64,000 bases of DNA from Actinomycetota bacterium (GCA_021325435.1 JAJPHE010000160.1:10202-74201); one strand, 5' to 3'. Numbered from the stretch's first letter, positions 54,863-63,884 are shown. The notes: generated by a model not told the origin, from the sequence alone. Made by a program: numbers and translations.

Positions 54863-55976
54863 CGGCCTGGTCACCGCCCCGGAGCGGATCGCCGTGGCCT
54901 TCGTGCGCGTGCTGCGTCGGGCCGGGCTGTCGGTGCCGCCCGGCAGCGCCGTCACCTACGCCCAGGCGCTGGCGGAGGTCGGCATCGACCAGCAAGGTCC
55001 GGTGTACTGGGCCGGTCGGGCCACCCTGCTGCGCCGCCCCGAAGACCGCCCGGCCTACGACCGCGTGTTCGCCGCCTTCTGGCTGGGTCGCCCGATGACG
55101 GTCGACGCCCCGCCGCCGGTGGAGGAGGTGCTCATCGTCGAGGACGACGCTGAGGGTGACGCCGGGCCCGAGGCCGGCGAGGACGAGGACCAGCGCCCCT
55201 CCTTGGTCGTGCGCTACAGCCCGACGGAGGTCCTCCGCCACAAGGACTTCGGCGCCTGCAGCCCCGAGGAGCTGGCCGAGACCCGCCGGATGATGAGCGA
55301 TCTCCGCCTGACCGCCGCCCTGCGCCGGACCCGCCGGCTGCGCCGCTCCCGCCGGCGCCGCGGGCGCCCCGATCCCCGCCGCACGGTGCGGATGGCCCTG
55401 CGCACCGGCGCCGAACCCGTTCGCCGGGCCCACCTCGAGCCGTCGTGGCGGCCCCGCCGGGTGGTTCTTCTGTGCGACGTCAGCGGGTCGATGGAGCCCT
55501 ACGCCCGGGCCCTGCTGCGCTTCCTGCATGTGGCCGTCATGGGCCGGGGCCGGGTCGAGGCCTTCGCCCTCGGCACCCGCCTCACCCGGCTGACCCGCCA
55601 GCTCTCCGGCCACGACCCGGACGTGGCCCTGGCCGCCGCGGCCGGGGCGGTGGCGGACTGGTCGGGGGGCACCCGGCTCGGGGACGGGCTGAGAGCCTTC
55701 AATGACCGCTTCGGCGCCCGGGGCATGGCCCGGGGGGCGGTCGTCGTCATCCTGTCGGATGGCTGGGACCGGGGCGACCCGGCTGTCCTCGGGGCGGAGA
55801 TGGCCCGCCTGAGCCGGGTGGCCCACCGCGTGGTCTGGGTCAACCCTCTGAAGGCCACACCCGGTTACGCCCCGCTGGCCAGAGGGATGGCAGCGGCCCT
55901 CCCGTACGTTGACAACTTCGTGGAGGGCCACTCGCTGGCCTCCCTCGAGGAGCTTTCGGAGGTCATCGGCGCATGA
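54852..55976 (+). CDS. VWA-domain protein (CoxE-like)
   Basis: MIDAS-type LLCDVSGSM, and WSGGTRLGDGL...VVILSDGWD. This is the usual partner of CoxD-type MoxR ATPases. Confidence 0.85.
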   Translation: MASDGLVTAPERIAVAFVRVLRRAGLSVPPGSAVTYAQALAEVGIDQQGPVYWAGRATLLRRPEDRPAYDRVFAAFWLGRPMTVDAPPPVEEVLIVEDDAEGDAGPEAGEDEDQRPSLVVRYSPTEVLRHKDFGACSPEELAETRRMMSDLRLTAALRRTRRLRRSRRRRGRPDPRRTVRMALRTGAEPVRRAHLEPSWRPRRVVLLCDVSGSMEPYARALLRFLHVAVMGRGRVEAFALGTRLTRLTRQLSGHDPDVALAAAAGAVADWSGGTRLGDGLRAFNDRFGARGMARGAVVVILSDGWDRGDPAVLGAEMARLSRVAHRVVWVNPLKATPGYAPLARGMAAALPYVDNFVEGHSLASLEELSEVIGA

Positions 55977-56287
55977 AAGAGGTACTGGGCGACATCGAGC
56001 GGTGGCGGTCGGCCGGCCGGCGGGTGGCGCTGGCCCGGGTGGTGGGCGTCGAAGGCTCCGGTCCCCGCGACCCGGGGGCGACCATGGCGGTGAGCGAAGA
56101 CGGCGAGGTGGCCGGCTCGGTCTCCGGAGGCTGTGTCGAGGGGGCGGTGGTGACCGAGGCGCTCGACGTGCTGGCCCGGGGGGAGGCCAAGCTGTGCACG
56201 TTCGGGTACTCCGACGATGAGGCCTTCGCCGTGGGGCTCACGTGCGGCGGCACCATCCACGTGTTCGTGGAGCCGCTGGACTGGTGA
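55973..56287 (+). CDS. stand-alone XdhC/CoxI N-terminal domain protein
   Basis: VALARVVGVEGSGPRDPGATMAVSEDGEVAGSVSGGCVEGAV matches the XdhC_CoxI motif. 104 aa with no Rossmann-like C-domain. Confidence 0.75.
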   Translation: MKEVLGDIERWRSAGRRVALARVVGVEGSGPRDPGATMAVSEDGEVAGSVSGGCVEGAVVTEALDVLARGEAKLCTFGYSDDEAFAVGLTCGGTIHVFVEPLDW

Positions 56288-57144
56288 GCCTCTATGAGAC
56301 CGTGCGCGACGCCCTGCGGGCCGAGGATCCGGTGGCCATGGCCACGGTGGTGGAGGTCGTCCCCCGCGAGGAGTGGGAGTTCCCCGACGACCCAGGCGTG
56401 GCGCTCGGGGCCAAGCTAGTGGTGCGCCCCGGTCATCCCCGTCAGGGGAGCCTGGGCCACGAAGGGCTCGACACGGTCGTGGCCCGCGACGCCCTCGGGG
56501 CTCTCGAGTCCGGCCTGTCCGACACCCGCCACTACGGGCGGCGGGGCCAGGCCCGCCGGCGCGAGGTCTCCGTCTTCGTCGAGGCGTTCGCCCCGCCCCC
56601 CCAGATGGTCATCTTCGGCGCCGTCGACTTCACCGCCGCCCTGGCCAAGGTGGCCAAGATCCTCGGCTACCGGGTGACGGTGTGCGACGCCCGGCCGGTT
56701 TTCGCCACCCCGGCCCGCTTCCCCATGGCCGACGAGGTGGTCGTCGACTGGCCGGACCGGCATCTGGCCAAGGTCGGGCCCGACCTCGGACCCCGCGACG
56801 CGGTGTGCGTGCTCACCCACGACCCGAAGTTCGACGTTCCAGCCATCGTCGCCGCCCTGCCGACGAGGGTGGGCTACCTGGGCGCCATGGGCTCGCGGCG
56901 GACCAACGCCGACCGGTTGGCCCGGCTCAAGGAGGCGGGGGTGGACGAGGCTGCCCTCGAGCGCCTGATGGCGCCGGTCGGCCTCGACATCGGCGCCCGG
57001 ACCCCGGAGGAGACGGCGATATCCATCTGCGCCGAGATCATCGCCCTGCGGGTGGGTTCCGGGTCGCGGAGCGAGGTCCCGTCCCTGCGTGACCGGGGTG
57101 GACCGATACATCGTGACGGCCGGGGCGAACCTGGGCCAGACTGA
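56284..57144 (+). CDS. XdhC-family molybdenum cofactor insertion chaperone (N and C domains)
   Basis: N-domain (VAMATVVEV...GAKLVVRPG...GSLG) plus Rossmann-like C-domain (MVIFGAVDFTAALAKVAKILGYRVTVCDARP...VLTHDPKFD...YLGAMGSRRT). GTGA overlap with the preceding gene. Confidence 0.8.
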   Translation: MSLYETVRDALRAEDPVAMATVVEVVPREEWEFPDDPGVALGAKLVVRPGHPRQGSLGHEGLDTVVARDALGALESGLSDTRHYGRRGQARRREVSVFVEAFAPPPQMVIFGAVDFTAALAKVAKILGYRVTVCDARPVFATPARFPMADEVVVDWPDRHLAKVGPDLGPRDAVCVLTHDPKFDVPAIVAALPTRVGYLGAMGSRRTNADRLARLKEAGVDEAALERLMAPVGLDIGARTPEETAISICAEIIALRVGSGSRSEVPSLRDRGGPIHRDGRGEPGPD

Positions 57145-57148
57145 GGGG

Positions 57149-58660
57149 ATGGAGGGGGGCACGGGTGGCGGCTCGCCCGACCTGCGCATTTCTGACGACG
57201 ATCGCCAGCAGGTCACCGAGCTGCTGCGACGTCACACGGCCGACGGGCGCCTGACCCTCGACGAGTTCGCTGAACGGGTCGGCGTGGCCCTGGCCGCCCG
57301 CACCCGTTCCGATCTCGAGGCCGTCACCGCCGACCTTCCCCGCGCCCCCGAGCCCGTGCCGGAAACCCGGCGCAAGAAGGCCCGCCGGCTGCTGGTGGCG
57401 GTGATGAGCGGGGCGACGGCCAAGGGAAGGTGGCGCACCGGACGGTCGGTCACCTGCATCGCCGTCATGGGCAGCTGCCATCTCGACTTCCGCCGGGCGG
57501 AGATCGACTTCGACGAAGTGGTGGTGACGGCCGTGGCCGTCATGGGCGGCATCGACATCGTCGTTCCGGAAGGCATCGACGTGGAGCTGACCGGGCTGCC
57601 CATCATGGGCGGCAAGCACATGAAGCTGGCTGACGTCCCGGTGCTGCCCGGCTCTCCCCGGATCGTGGTGCACGCCTTTCCCATCATGGGAGGCGTGCAC
57701 GTCCGCTCCCGCCCGGACAAGGGGGACGAGCCCGGGCCGGCTGGCGACCGCCGCCGCGACTCCAGCCATCACCACCAGCACTGGCGCGACGCCCAGGTGG
57801 AGTGGCAGCAGCAACAACGACAGATGGGCGACCAATGGCGGGCCCAGCAGGCGGAGATGGCCGAACAGCGCGACCGGACACGTGAGGAGCTGCGCCAACG
57901 GCGTAAGGAGATCCGCGACGAGATCAGGGGCAAAGCCCGCGAGCTCGAACGCCGCCACCGTGGGGGCCAGGCCATCGACCTCGCCGACCTCTACGACGTC
58001 TTGTTCACCCGCCCGGCCCCGGTGCCTGTGTCGCCGGCGTCGGGCACCACTCCGCCCGCCGCCCCGCAAGCGGCGACCGGCTTGGGCCGGCCCGCCGATG
58101 ACGAGCCGCTCGAGACCGACGTCGCCGGCGACCTCCCCGGCACTCTCGACGGCACCGTCACCATCATGTTCAGCGACATCGCCGGCTACGCCGAGATCAC
58201 CGAGCGTCTGGGGGATCTAGCCGCCCACGACCTGCTGCGTGAGCACAACCGGATCGTGCGTGACCTTCTCGTCACCCACGCCGGTTACGAGGTGAAGGCG
58301 CAGGGCGACGGCTTCATGGTGGCGTTCTCCAGCGCGGCCCGAGCGCTGCGGTGCGCCATCGGCATCCAGAAGGCGTTCGAGAAGTACGGCCTGGAGAATC
58401 CCGACGAGCCCATCCGGGTCCACGTCGGGCTGCACACCGGTGAGGCCGTCCGCGACGGGGGCGACTTCCTCGGCCGCACCGTCATCGTGGCCAGCCGGCT
58501 GACCGGTATCGCCGGCCCGGGCGAGATCCTGGTCTCCTCCCTGCTGCGTGAGCTCACCGACTCGTCGCGCGAGTTCCGCTTCGGCGAGGCCCGTCAGGTG
58601 ATCTTGAAGGGCATGAGCGCGCCCCAGACCGCTTACCCGGTCGAGTGGCGCGACGCTTGA
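57149..58660 (+). CDS. multidomain DUF1707 / LiaF-like (DUF2154) / coiled-coil / class III nucleotidyl cyclase protein
   Basis: N-terminus LRISDDDRQQVTELLRRHTADGRLTLDEFAERV (DUF1707). Middle VMGSCHLDFRRAEIDFDEVVVTAVAVMGGIDIVVPEGIDVEL (LiaF C-terminal-like). Arg/Gln/Glu-rich coiled-coil. C-terminus VTIMFSDIAGYAEITERLGD...YEVKAQGDGFMVAF...VGLHTGEAV...GRTVIVASRL (cyclase homology domain). ATG 57149 follows GAGGGG. Confidence 0.8.
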   Translation: MEGGTGGGSPDLRISDDDRQQVTELLRRHTADGRLTLDEFAERVGVALAARTRSDLEAVTADLPRAPEPVPETRRKKARRLLVAVMSGATAKGRWRTGRSVTCIAVMGSCHLDFRRAEIDFDEVVVTAVAVMGGIDIVVPEGIDVELTGLPIMGGKHMKLADVPVLPGSPRIVVHAFPIMGGVHVRSRPDKGDEPGPAGDRRRDSSHHHQHWRDAQVEWQQQQRQMGDQWRAQQAEMAEQRDRTREELRQRRKEIRDEIRGKARELERRHRGGQAIDLADLYDVLFTRPAPVPVSPASGTTPPAAPQAATGLGRPADDEPLETDVAGDLPGTLDGTVTIMFSDIAGYAEITERLGDLAAHDLLREHNRIVRDLLVTHAGYEVKAQGDGFMVAFSSAARALRCAIGIQKAFEKYGLENPDEPIRVHVGLHTGEAVRDGGDFLGRTVIVASRLTGIAGPGEILVSSLLRELTDSSREFRFGEARQVILKGMSAPQTAYPVEWRDA

Positions 58661-58688
58661 ACGGACCGGCGGTCTGACCGCCGCCGCC

Positions 58689-59231
58689 GTGGTGCTGGCC
58701 GCGGGCGGCGGCGCCCGCTTCGCCGGGGCCACCCACAAGCTGCTGGCGTCGTTCCGCGGCCGTCCGCTGGTCCTGTGGTCCGTGGACGCCGCCCGGGCTG
58801 CCGGCCTGGACGAGACGGTGGTCATCACCGGCGCCGTCGACCTGGCCGGTCAGCTGCCTGACGACGTCACCGTCATCGAGAACCACGCCTGGGCCGAGGG
58901 GCAGGCGACCTCCTTGCGGGCCGCGGTCGACTGGGCCGAGCACCGCGGCCACCGGGCCGTCATCGTGGGCCTGGGCGACCAGCCGCTGATCCCCGCCGCG
59001 GCGTGGACTGCCGTGGCCGCCGACCCGCACCCCATCGCCGTGGCCTCCTTCGAAGGGCGTCGCCGACCACCGGTGAAGCTGGACCGCCAGGTCTGGCCGC
59101 TGCTGCCGGTGGGGGGCGACGTGGGGGCCCGCGAGCTGATCGCCTCTCGGCCGGACCTGGTGGGCGAGGTAGCGTGCCCGGGAACGCCAGCCGACGTCGA
59201 CACCGTGGAGGACCTCGTCCGATGGAGCTGA
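58689..59231 (+). CDS. MobA/MocA-like nucleotidyltransferase (probable molybdenum cofactor cytidylyltransferase)
   Basis: VVLAAGGGARF...KLL, then VIVGLGDQPLIP. The N-terminal limit is uncertain. Confidence 0.7.
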   Translation: MVLAAGGGARFAGATHKLLASFRGRPLVLWSVDAARAAGLDETVVITGAVDLAGQLPDDVTVIENHAWAEGQATSLRAAVDWAEHRGHRAVIVGLGDQPLIPAAAWTAVAADPHPIAVASFEGRRRPPVKLDRQVWPLLPVGGDVGARELIASRPDLVGEVACPGTPADVDTVEDLVRWS

Positions 59232-59920
59232 CCAACGAGTTCCGGGTATCCGTGCCCGTCGACGAGGCGTGGGCCGTCCTCACCGACGTGGAGCGGATCG
59301 CTCCCTGCATGCCCGGCGCCGAGCTGCAGGAGGTAGAGGGTGAGGAGTACCGCGGGGTCGTCAAGGTGAAGGTGGGGCCCATCAGCGCCCAGTACAAGGG
59401 GGCCGCCCGCTTCGTCGAGCGTGACGACACGGCCAAGAAGGCGGTGCTCAAGGCCGAGGGTCGCGACACCCGTGGCCAGGGCAACGCCAGCGCGACCATC
59501 ACCGCCGTGCTGGCGCCGGACGGCGCCGGCACCAGTGTCTCGATCGTCACCGACCTGTCCGTGACCGGCAAGGTGGCCCAGTTCGGCAGGGGGGTGCTGG
59601 CCGACGTCAGCAGCAAGTTGCTGGGCCAGTTCGTCGAGAAGCTCGAGGCGGATGTCATCTCCGGATCGGGTGGTGGCGGGCCGTCGGGCGGGTCCGGCCC
59701 CGGAGCCGACCATGCCGCCGTGCCGACCACCACCCCCTCCGGCAACGGCGTCGGCGGAGACGGCCGGGTCGGCGCCCAGGTGCGGCCCATCCGGTCGGCC
59801 CCGGCCGAGCCCGTCGACCTGCTCGAGGCGGCGGGCGGCTCTGTGGCCAAGCGGGCCGTCCCGGTCCTCGCCGTCGCGGTCGTGTCCCTGCTTGTCTGGC
59901 GGTGGTTCCGCCGCCGGTGA
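59222..59920 (+). CDS. CoxG-like SRPBCC protein with a C-terminal membrane anchor
   Basis: FRVSVPVDEAWAVLTDVERIAPCMPGAELQEVEGEEYRGVVKVKVGPISAQYKG matches the CoxG family. Gly/Pro-rich linker, then a TM helix VPVLAVAVVSLLVWRWF. Confidence 0.8.
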   Translation: MELTNEFRVSVPVDEAWAVLTDVERIAPCMPGAELQEVEGEEYRGVVKVKVGPISAQYKGAARFVERDDTAKKAVLKAEGRDTRGQGNASATITAVLAPDGAGTSVSIVTDLSVTGKVAQFGRGVLADVSSKLLGQFVEKLEADVISGSGGGGPSGGSGPGADHAAVPTTTPSGNGVGGDGRVGAQVRPIRSAPAEPVDLLEAAGGSVAKRAVPVLAVAVVSLLVWRWFRRR

Positions 59921-60378
59921 GGGGACCTTCGCCCGCCGACCCCGACGTGGTGGGCGGGCTGCTCGGGCGCCGACCCCGGGCCGAGTTCGAGGTGGTGGTC
60001 GCCGACGCAGGCGGGCGCCCGGTGGTCATCCGCAACGCGCCGCTGATGGAGGACGGCGCCCCTATGCCGACCCGCTACTGGCTGGTCGGCGACGAGGAGC
60101 GCCAAGCCGTCAGTCGGTTGGAGTCGGCCGGCGGGGTCCGCCGGGCCGAGGCGGATGTCGACCCGGTCGACCTCGAGGACGCCCATCGGCGTTACGCGGC
60201 CGAGCGTGACGCCGCCCTGCCCCCCGGTTGGAACGGGCCCCGCCCCACCGGAGGGGTGGGCGGAACCCGCCGGGGCGTCAAGTGCCTTCACGCCCACTAC
60301 GCCTGGCACCTCGCCGGGGGAGACGATCCGGTGGGGCGCTGGGTGGCCGCTCGCCTCGCCGAGGGAACGGGTGACTGA
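59902..60378 (+). CDS. DUF501 domain protein (Rv1025-like)
   Basis: PMPTRYWL, GGVGGTRRGVKCLHAHYAWHLAGG.DPVG. An alternative start GTG 59917 forms a GTGA overlap with the coxG-like stop. Confidence 0.8.
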   Translation: MVPPPVRGPSPADPDVVGGLLGRRPRAEFEVVVADAGGRPVVIRNAPLMEDGAPMPTRYWLVGDEERQAVSRLESAGGVRRAEADVDPVDLEDAHRRYAAERDAALPPGWNGPRPTGGVGGTRRGVKCLHAHYAWHLAGGDDPVGRWVAARLAEGTGD

Positions 60379-61285
60379 CACCGTCGCCGCCATCGACTGT
60401 GGCACCAACTCCACCCGTCTTCTCATTGCCGACCGGGCCGGGCGGACTCTCGATCGACGCATGGTGATCACCCGACTCGGCCAGGGGGTCGATGCCCAAC
60501 GCCGGCTCTCGCCGGCCGGCGTCGAGCGCACCATCGAGACGTTGCGCTCTTATCGGAAGGCCATGGACGCTCACGGTGTCGGGGCCGCCCGGCTGGTCGC
60601 CACCTCGGCGGCCCGCGACGCCGCGGACCGCGACGAGTTCTTTGACGCCGCCCGGCAGGTCACCGGAGTGACGCCTGAGTTGCTGGCGGGAGACGAAGAA
60701 GGGCGCCTGTCCTTCGCCGGGGCCACGGCCGGGCTGCCCGTTGGCCAGGGCCCGTTCCTCGTGGTGGACATCGGGGGCGGATCCACCGAACTGGTGGTGG
60801 GCGAGGCAACCGTGAAGGCGGTGTGGTCGGCCGACGTGGGCTGTGTCCGGGTCTCCGAGCGCTTCCTCCAGAAGGACCCTCCCGCCGGCCCCGAGCTCGA
60901 ACGGGCCCGGGCCCACGTTTCGACCGTCCTCGCCGCCGCCGTCGAAGCGATGGGCGGCCTGGCCGGGGCCCGGACCCTCGTCGGGCTGGCTGGCACGGTG
61001 AGCACCGCCGCCATGGTCGACCTGGGCCTCGAGCGTTATGACCGCGAGCGGGTCCACCATCACCGTCTCACCGCCCCCGTCGTCGCCGGCATCCTCCACG
61101 AACTGGCCGCCCTCCCCCTCGAGGAGCGGGCCCGGCGGCCAGGTGTCGAGCCCGGGCGGGCCGACGTGATCGTCGGCGGGCTCGTCGTCCTCGACGCCGT
61201 CCTCGCCGACCTCGGCTTCGCCGAGTGCCTGGTCTCCGAGTCCGACATCCTCGACGGCTTGGTGATGAGCCTGCTGGATCGGTGA
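60371..61285 (+). CDS. ppx: Ppx/GppA-family exopolyphosphatase
   Basis: VAAIDCGTNSTRLLIAD, VATSAARDA and VVDIGGGSTELV (ASKHA fold phosphate motifs). Confidence 0.85.
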   Translation: MTDTVAAIDCGTNSTRLLIADRAGRTLDRRMVITRLGQGVDAQRRLSPAGVERTIETLRSYRKAMDAHGVGAARLVATSAARDAADRDEFFDAARQVTGVTPELLAGDEEGRLSFAGATAGLPVGQGPFLVVDIGGGSTELVVGEATVKAVWSADVGCVRVSERFLQKDPPAGPELERARAHVSTVLAAAVEAMGGLAGARTLVGLAGTVSTAAMVDLGLERYDRERVHHHRLTAPVVAGILHELAALPLEERARRPGVEPGRADVIVGGLVVLDAVLADLGFAECLVSESDILDGLVMSLLDR

Positions 61286-61301
61286 CCGGCGCCGTCCCCT
61301 A

Positions 61302-62420
61302 ATGTCGGAGGGGATGCCCCGCTCCGATCGCGTGCTCATGGGCCCCGGCCCCTCGAACCTCTACCCGGAGGTCACCGAGGCGCTGCAGCGGCCACTCGTC
61401 GGGCACCTCGACCCCGACTTCCTCGCCGTTCTCGACGAGACGTGCGACCGGCTGCGCACGGTCTTCTCGACGGCGAACCCGCTGACGCTGCCGATCAGCG
61501 GCACCGGCTCCGCGGGCATGGAGGCCTCGTTCGTCAATCTGGTGGCCCCCGGCGACACGGTGGTCGTCGGAGTCAACGGCGTGTTCGGGGAACGCATGTG
61601 CGACGTCGCCGCCCGGTGCGGAGCCGAGGTCGTCCGGGTCGACGAACGGTGGGGGAACCCGATCGACCCTGAACGGTTGCTCGCGGCGCATCCCCATCCG
61701 AAGCTCATCGCGGTCGTCCACGCCGAGACCTCCACCGGGGTGCGCAACGAGGTGGAGGCGCTTGGCGCCGGCAAGGGCGACGCCCTGCTGGTGGCCGATT
61801 GCGTCACCTCCCTAGGGGGCATCCCGTTCGCCACCGACGGCTGGGGGGTCGACGTCGCCTACAGCGGCACCCAGAAGTGCCTCGGAGTTCCCCCCGGGCT
61901 GGCCCCGCTGACGATGTCACCGGGCGCCGTCGAGCGCCGGGTGGAGCGACCCCAGTCGTGGTATCTCGACCTCGGCATGATCTCCCAGTACACCGGTTCG
62001 ACGAGCGGGGGGGCGACTCGCCGCTACCACCACACCGCCCCGGTGACGATGATCAACGCCCTTCACGCCGGCCTGGGCGCCATCCTCGAGGAGGGGCTGG
62101 CGGGGGCGTGGGCCCGCCACGAGGAGTGCGGCCGACTCCTGCAGAAAGGGCTGCAGGAGCTGGGCTTCGAGCTGTTCGCCGCCGAGGGTCACCGGCTACC
62201 CCAGCTGACGACGGTGTTGATCCCCGACGGTCTCCTGCCCGGAGGCCTCGACGAGGCCGGCGCCCGCCGGCTGCTCCTCGAGCGCTACGGGATCGAGGTC
62301 GGTGGGGGACTCGGCGAATATGCCGGCCGGATGTGGAGGATCGGCTGCATGGGCCACACCGCCCGGCCCCGCAACGTAACCCTCCTGCTCGGGGCCCTCG
62401 GCGAGATCCTGGGCCGGTGA
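61302..62420 (+). CDS. class V PLP-dependent aminotransferase (serine/alanine--glyoxylate type)
   Basis: LMGPGPSN..PEV, SGTGSAGMEA, VHAETSTG and the PLP lysine context YSGTQKCLGVPPGLAP. Confidence 0.85.
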   Translation: MSEGMPRSDRVLMGPGPSNLYPEVTEALQRPLVGHLDPDFLAVLDETCDRLRTVFSTANPLTLPISGTGSAGMEASFVNLVAPGDTVVVGVNGVFGERMCDVAARCGAEVVRVDERWGNPIDPERLLAAHPHPKLIAVVHAETSTGVRNEVEALGAGKGDALLVADCVTSLGGIPFATDGWGVDVAYSGTQKCLGVPPGLAPLTMSPGAVERRVERPQSWYLDLGMISQYTGSTSGGATRRYHHTAPVTMINALHAGLGAILEEGLAGAWARHEECGRLLQKGLQELGFELFAAEGHRLPQLTTVLIPDGLLPGGLDEAGARRLLLERYGIEVGGGLGEYAGRMWRIGCMGHTARPRNVTLLLGALGEILGR

Positions 62421-63040
62421 GCGCCCGGTCGGTCGGGGATCCTGCCGGCGCAGTCCTGGTCGGGCGGCGCATCCGGCTCAGGCCCCTCGTTGCCGGCGAC
62501 TTCGAGGAGTGGCGCGAGGTGCGACTCCACAACGAGAGCTGGCTCACGCCGTGGGAGCCCCGGCCGGTGCCCGGGCGTCCCGACGTCGTCCGCGACGCCC
62601 GGGCCTTCGCCTCGCGCTGCGGGGCCCGCGCCCGCGAGGCGCAGTTCGGCACCGCCTACGGCTTCGGCATCTTCGTCGACGACCGCTTCTCGGGCGAGAT
62701 CAACCTGTCCTCGGTCCAGCGGGGCCCGCTACAGACGGCCGACATCGGCTACTGGATTGACCGCCGCCGGGCCGGACACTCGTACATGTCCGAGGCGGTG
62801 GTCCTCCTGGCCCGGTTCGCCTTCGAGGACCTGGCCCTGCACCGGCTGCAGATCTCCATCATCCCCCGCAACCTTCGCAGCCGACGGGTGGTGGAGAAGC
62901 TGAACCTGCGCGAGGAGGGGCTGGCCGTGCGCCTGGTCGAGATCAACGGCGTCTGGGAGGACCACCTCCGCTACGCCATCACCGCCGAGGAGTGGCTCGA
63001 CCGGCGCGACCAGTTGGTCGGCGAATGGCTCAACGGCTGA
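62417..63040 (+). CDS. GNAT N-acetyltransferase (RimJ/RimL-like)
   Basis: IRLRPLVAGDFEEW, IGYWIDRRRAGHSYMSEAV and LHRLQISIIPRNLRSRRVVEKLNL. GTGA overlap with the upstream stop. Confidence 0.8.
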   Translation: MSARSVGDPAGAVLVGRRIRLRPLVAGDFEEWREVRLHNESWLTPWEPRPVPGRPDVVRDARAFASRCGARAREAQFGTAYGFGIFVDDRFSGEINLSSVQRGPLQTADIGYWIDRRRAGHSYMSEAVVLLARFAFEDLALHRLQISIIPRNLRSRRVVEKLNLREEGLAVRLVEINGVWEDHLRYAITAEEWLDRRDQLVGEWLNG

Positions 63041-63069
63041 ACGGCTGAATGGCCGCTCGGCCCCTGCTG

Positions 63070-63879
63070 TCAGCCCTTGCCGGACCCGGACACCCGCCGT
63101 CGGATCGCCTCGAGCCGCTCGGCGAAGAAGGGCTGTGAGAGGGACCACAGCTGCGCCTCGAGCTCGAGGTCCACGGCCGGCTCGTGGTCGTCGAGGACCG
63201 ACGCCGCCCGCAGGGTGTGCTTTACCCGCCGGACCAGCTCGGGGGGCCCCGCCGCCGCCCGCCCGGCGACAGCTACCGCCGTGTCGCGCAAGGCGTCGTC
63301 GGCCACGCACTCCCAGACCAAACCGCGGGCCGCGGCCTGCTCGCCGTCCAGAGCCTGCCCGAACAGGACAAGGGCGGCGGCGGTCTGCGGGCCGACCAGG
63401 CGCGACAGCATCCACGTGTGGCCTCCACCCGGGTGAAGGCCGAGATCGAGAAAGCGGGTGTCGAACTTCGCCGACCGGCCGGCGATGCGCAGGTCACAGG
63501 CCAGGGCCAGGTTCATGCCGGCGCCCACGGCGGCACCGTTGACAGCCGCCACCGTCGGCAGTGTCGAGCGCGAGACGCGTAGGAAGCCCTCGTAGATCGA
63601 GCGCATCGACTCGCCCTGACCGGAGCCGCCCGAGCCCCGGGCGGCCTCGCCGGCCCGGCCCAGGTTCGACAGGTTGGCGCCGGCGCAGAAGGCCGGAGGC
63701 GCCCCGGTGATCACCACCGCCCCCACGGAGGTGCCCTCCTCCAGTCGGTCGAAGATGGCGACCAGGTCGGCGACCATGGCCTCCGACAGGGCGTTGCGCC
63801 GTTCGGGGTCGTCCAGGGTCAGAACGGCGACTGATGCCCCGTCGGCCTCAACCGTGTCGACGCGGACGGCGTCGGGCAC
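63070..63879 (-). CDS. enoyl-CoA hydratase/isomerase (crotonase) family protein
   Basis: LDDPERRNALS, VVITGAPPAFCAGANL, and PTVAAVNGAAVGAGMNLALACDLRIA. Confidence 0.9.
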   Translation of the reverse strand: MPDAVRVDTVEADGASVAVLTLDDPERRNALSEAMVADLVAIFDRLEEGTSVGAVVITGAPPAFCAGANLSNLGRAGEAARGSGGSGQGESMRSIYEGFLRVSRSTLPTVAAVNGAAVGAGMNLALACDLRIAGRSAKFDTRFLDLGLHPGGGHTWMLSRLVGPQTAAALVLFGQALDGEQAAARGLVWECVADDALRDTAVAVAGRAAAGPPELVRRVKHTLRAASVLDDHEPAVDLELEAQLWSLSQPFFAERLEAIRRRVSGSGKG

Positions 63880-63884
63880 CGCCT

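Noticed and set aside
53951-55976. The MoxR-VWA pair as a conflict or defence-type ternary system
   Set aside because: It is embedded between CoxLSM-like subunits and XdhC/MocA/CoxG. That is the standard CoxD/CoxE maturation context.
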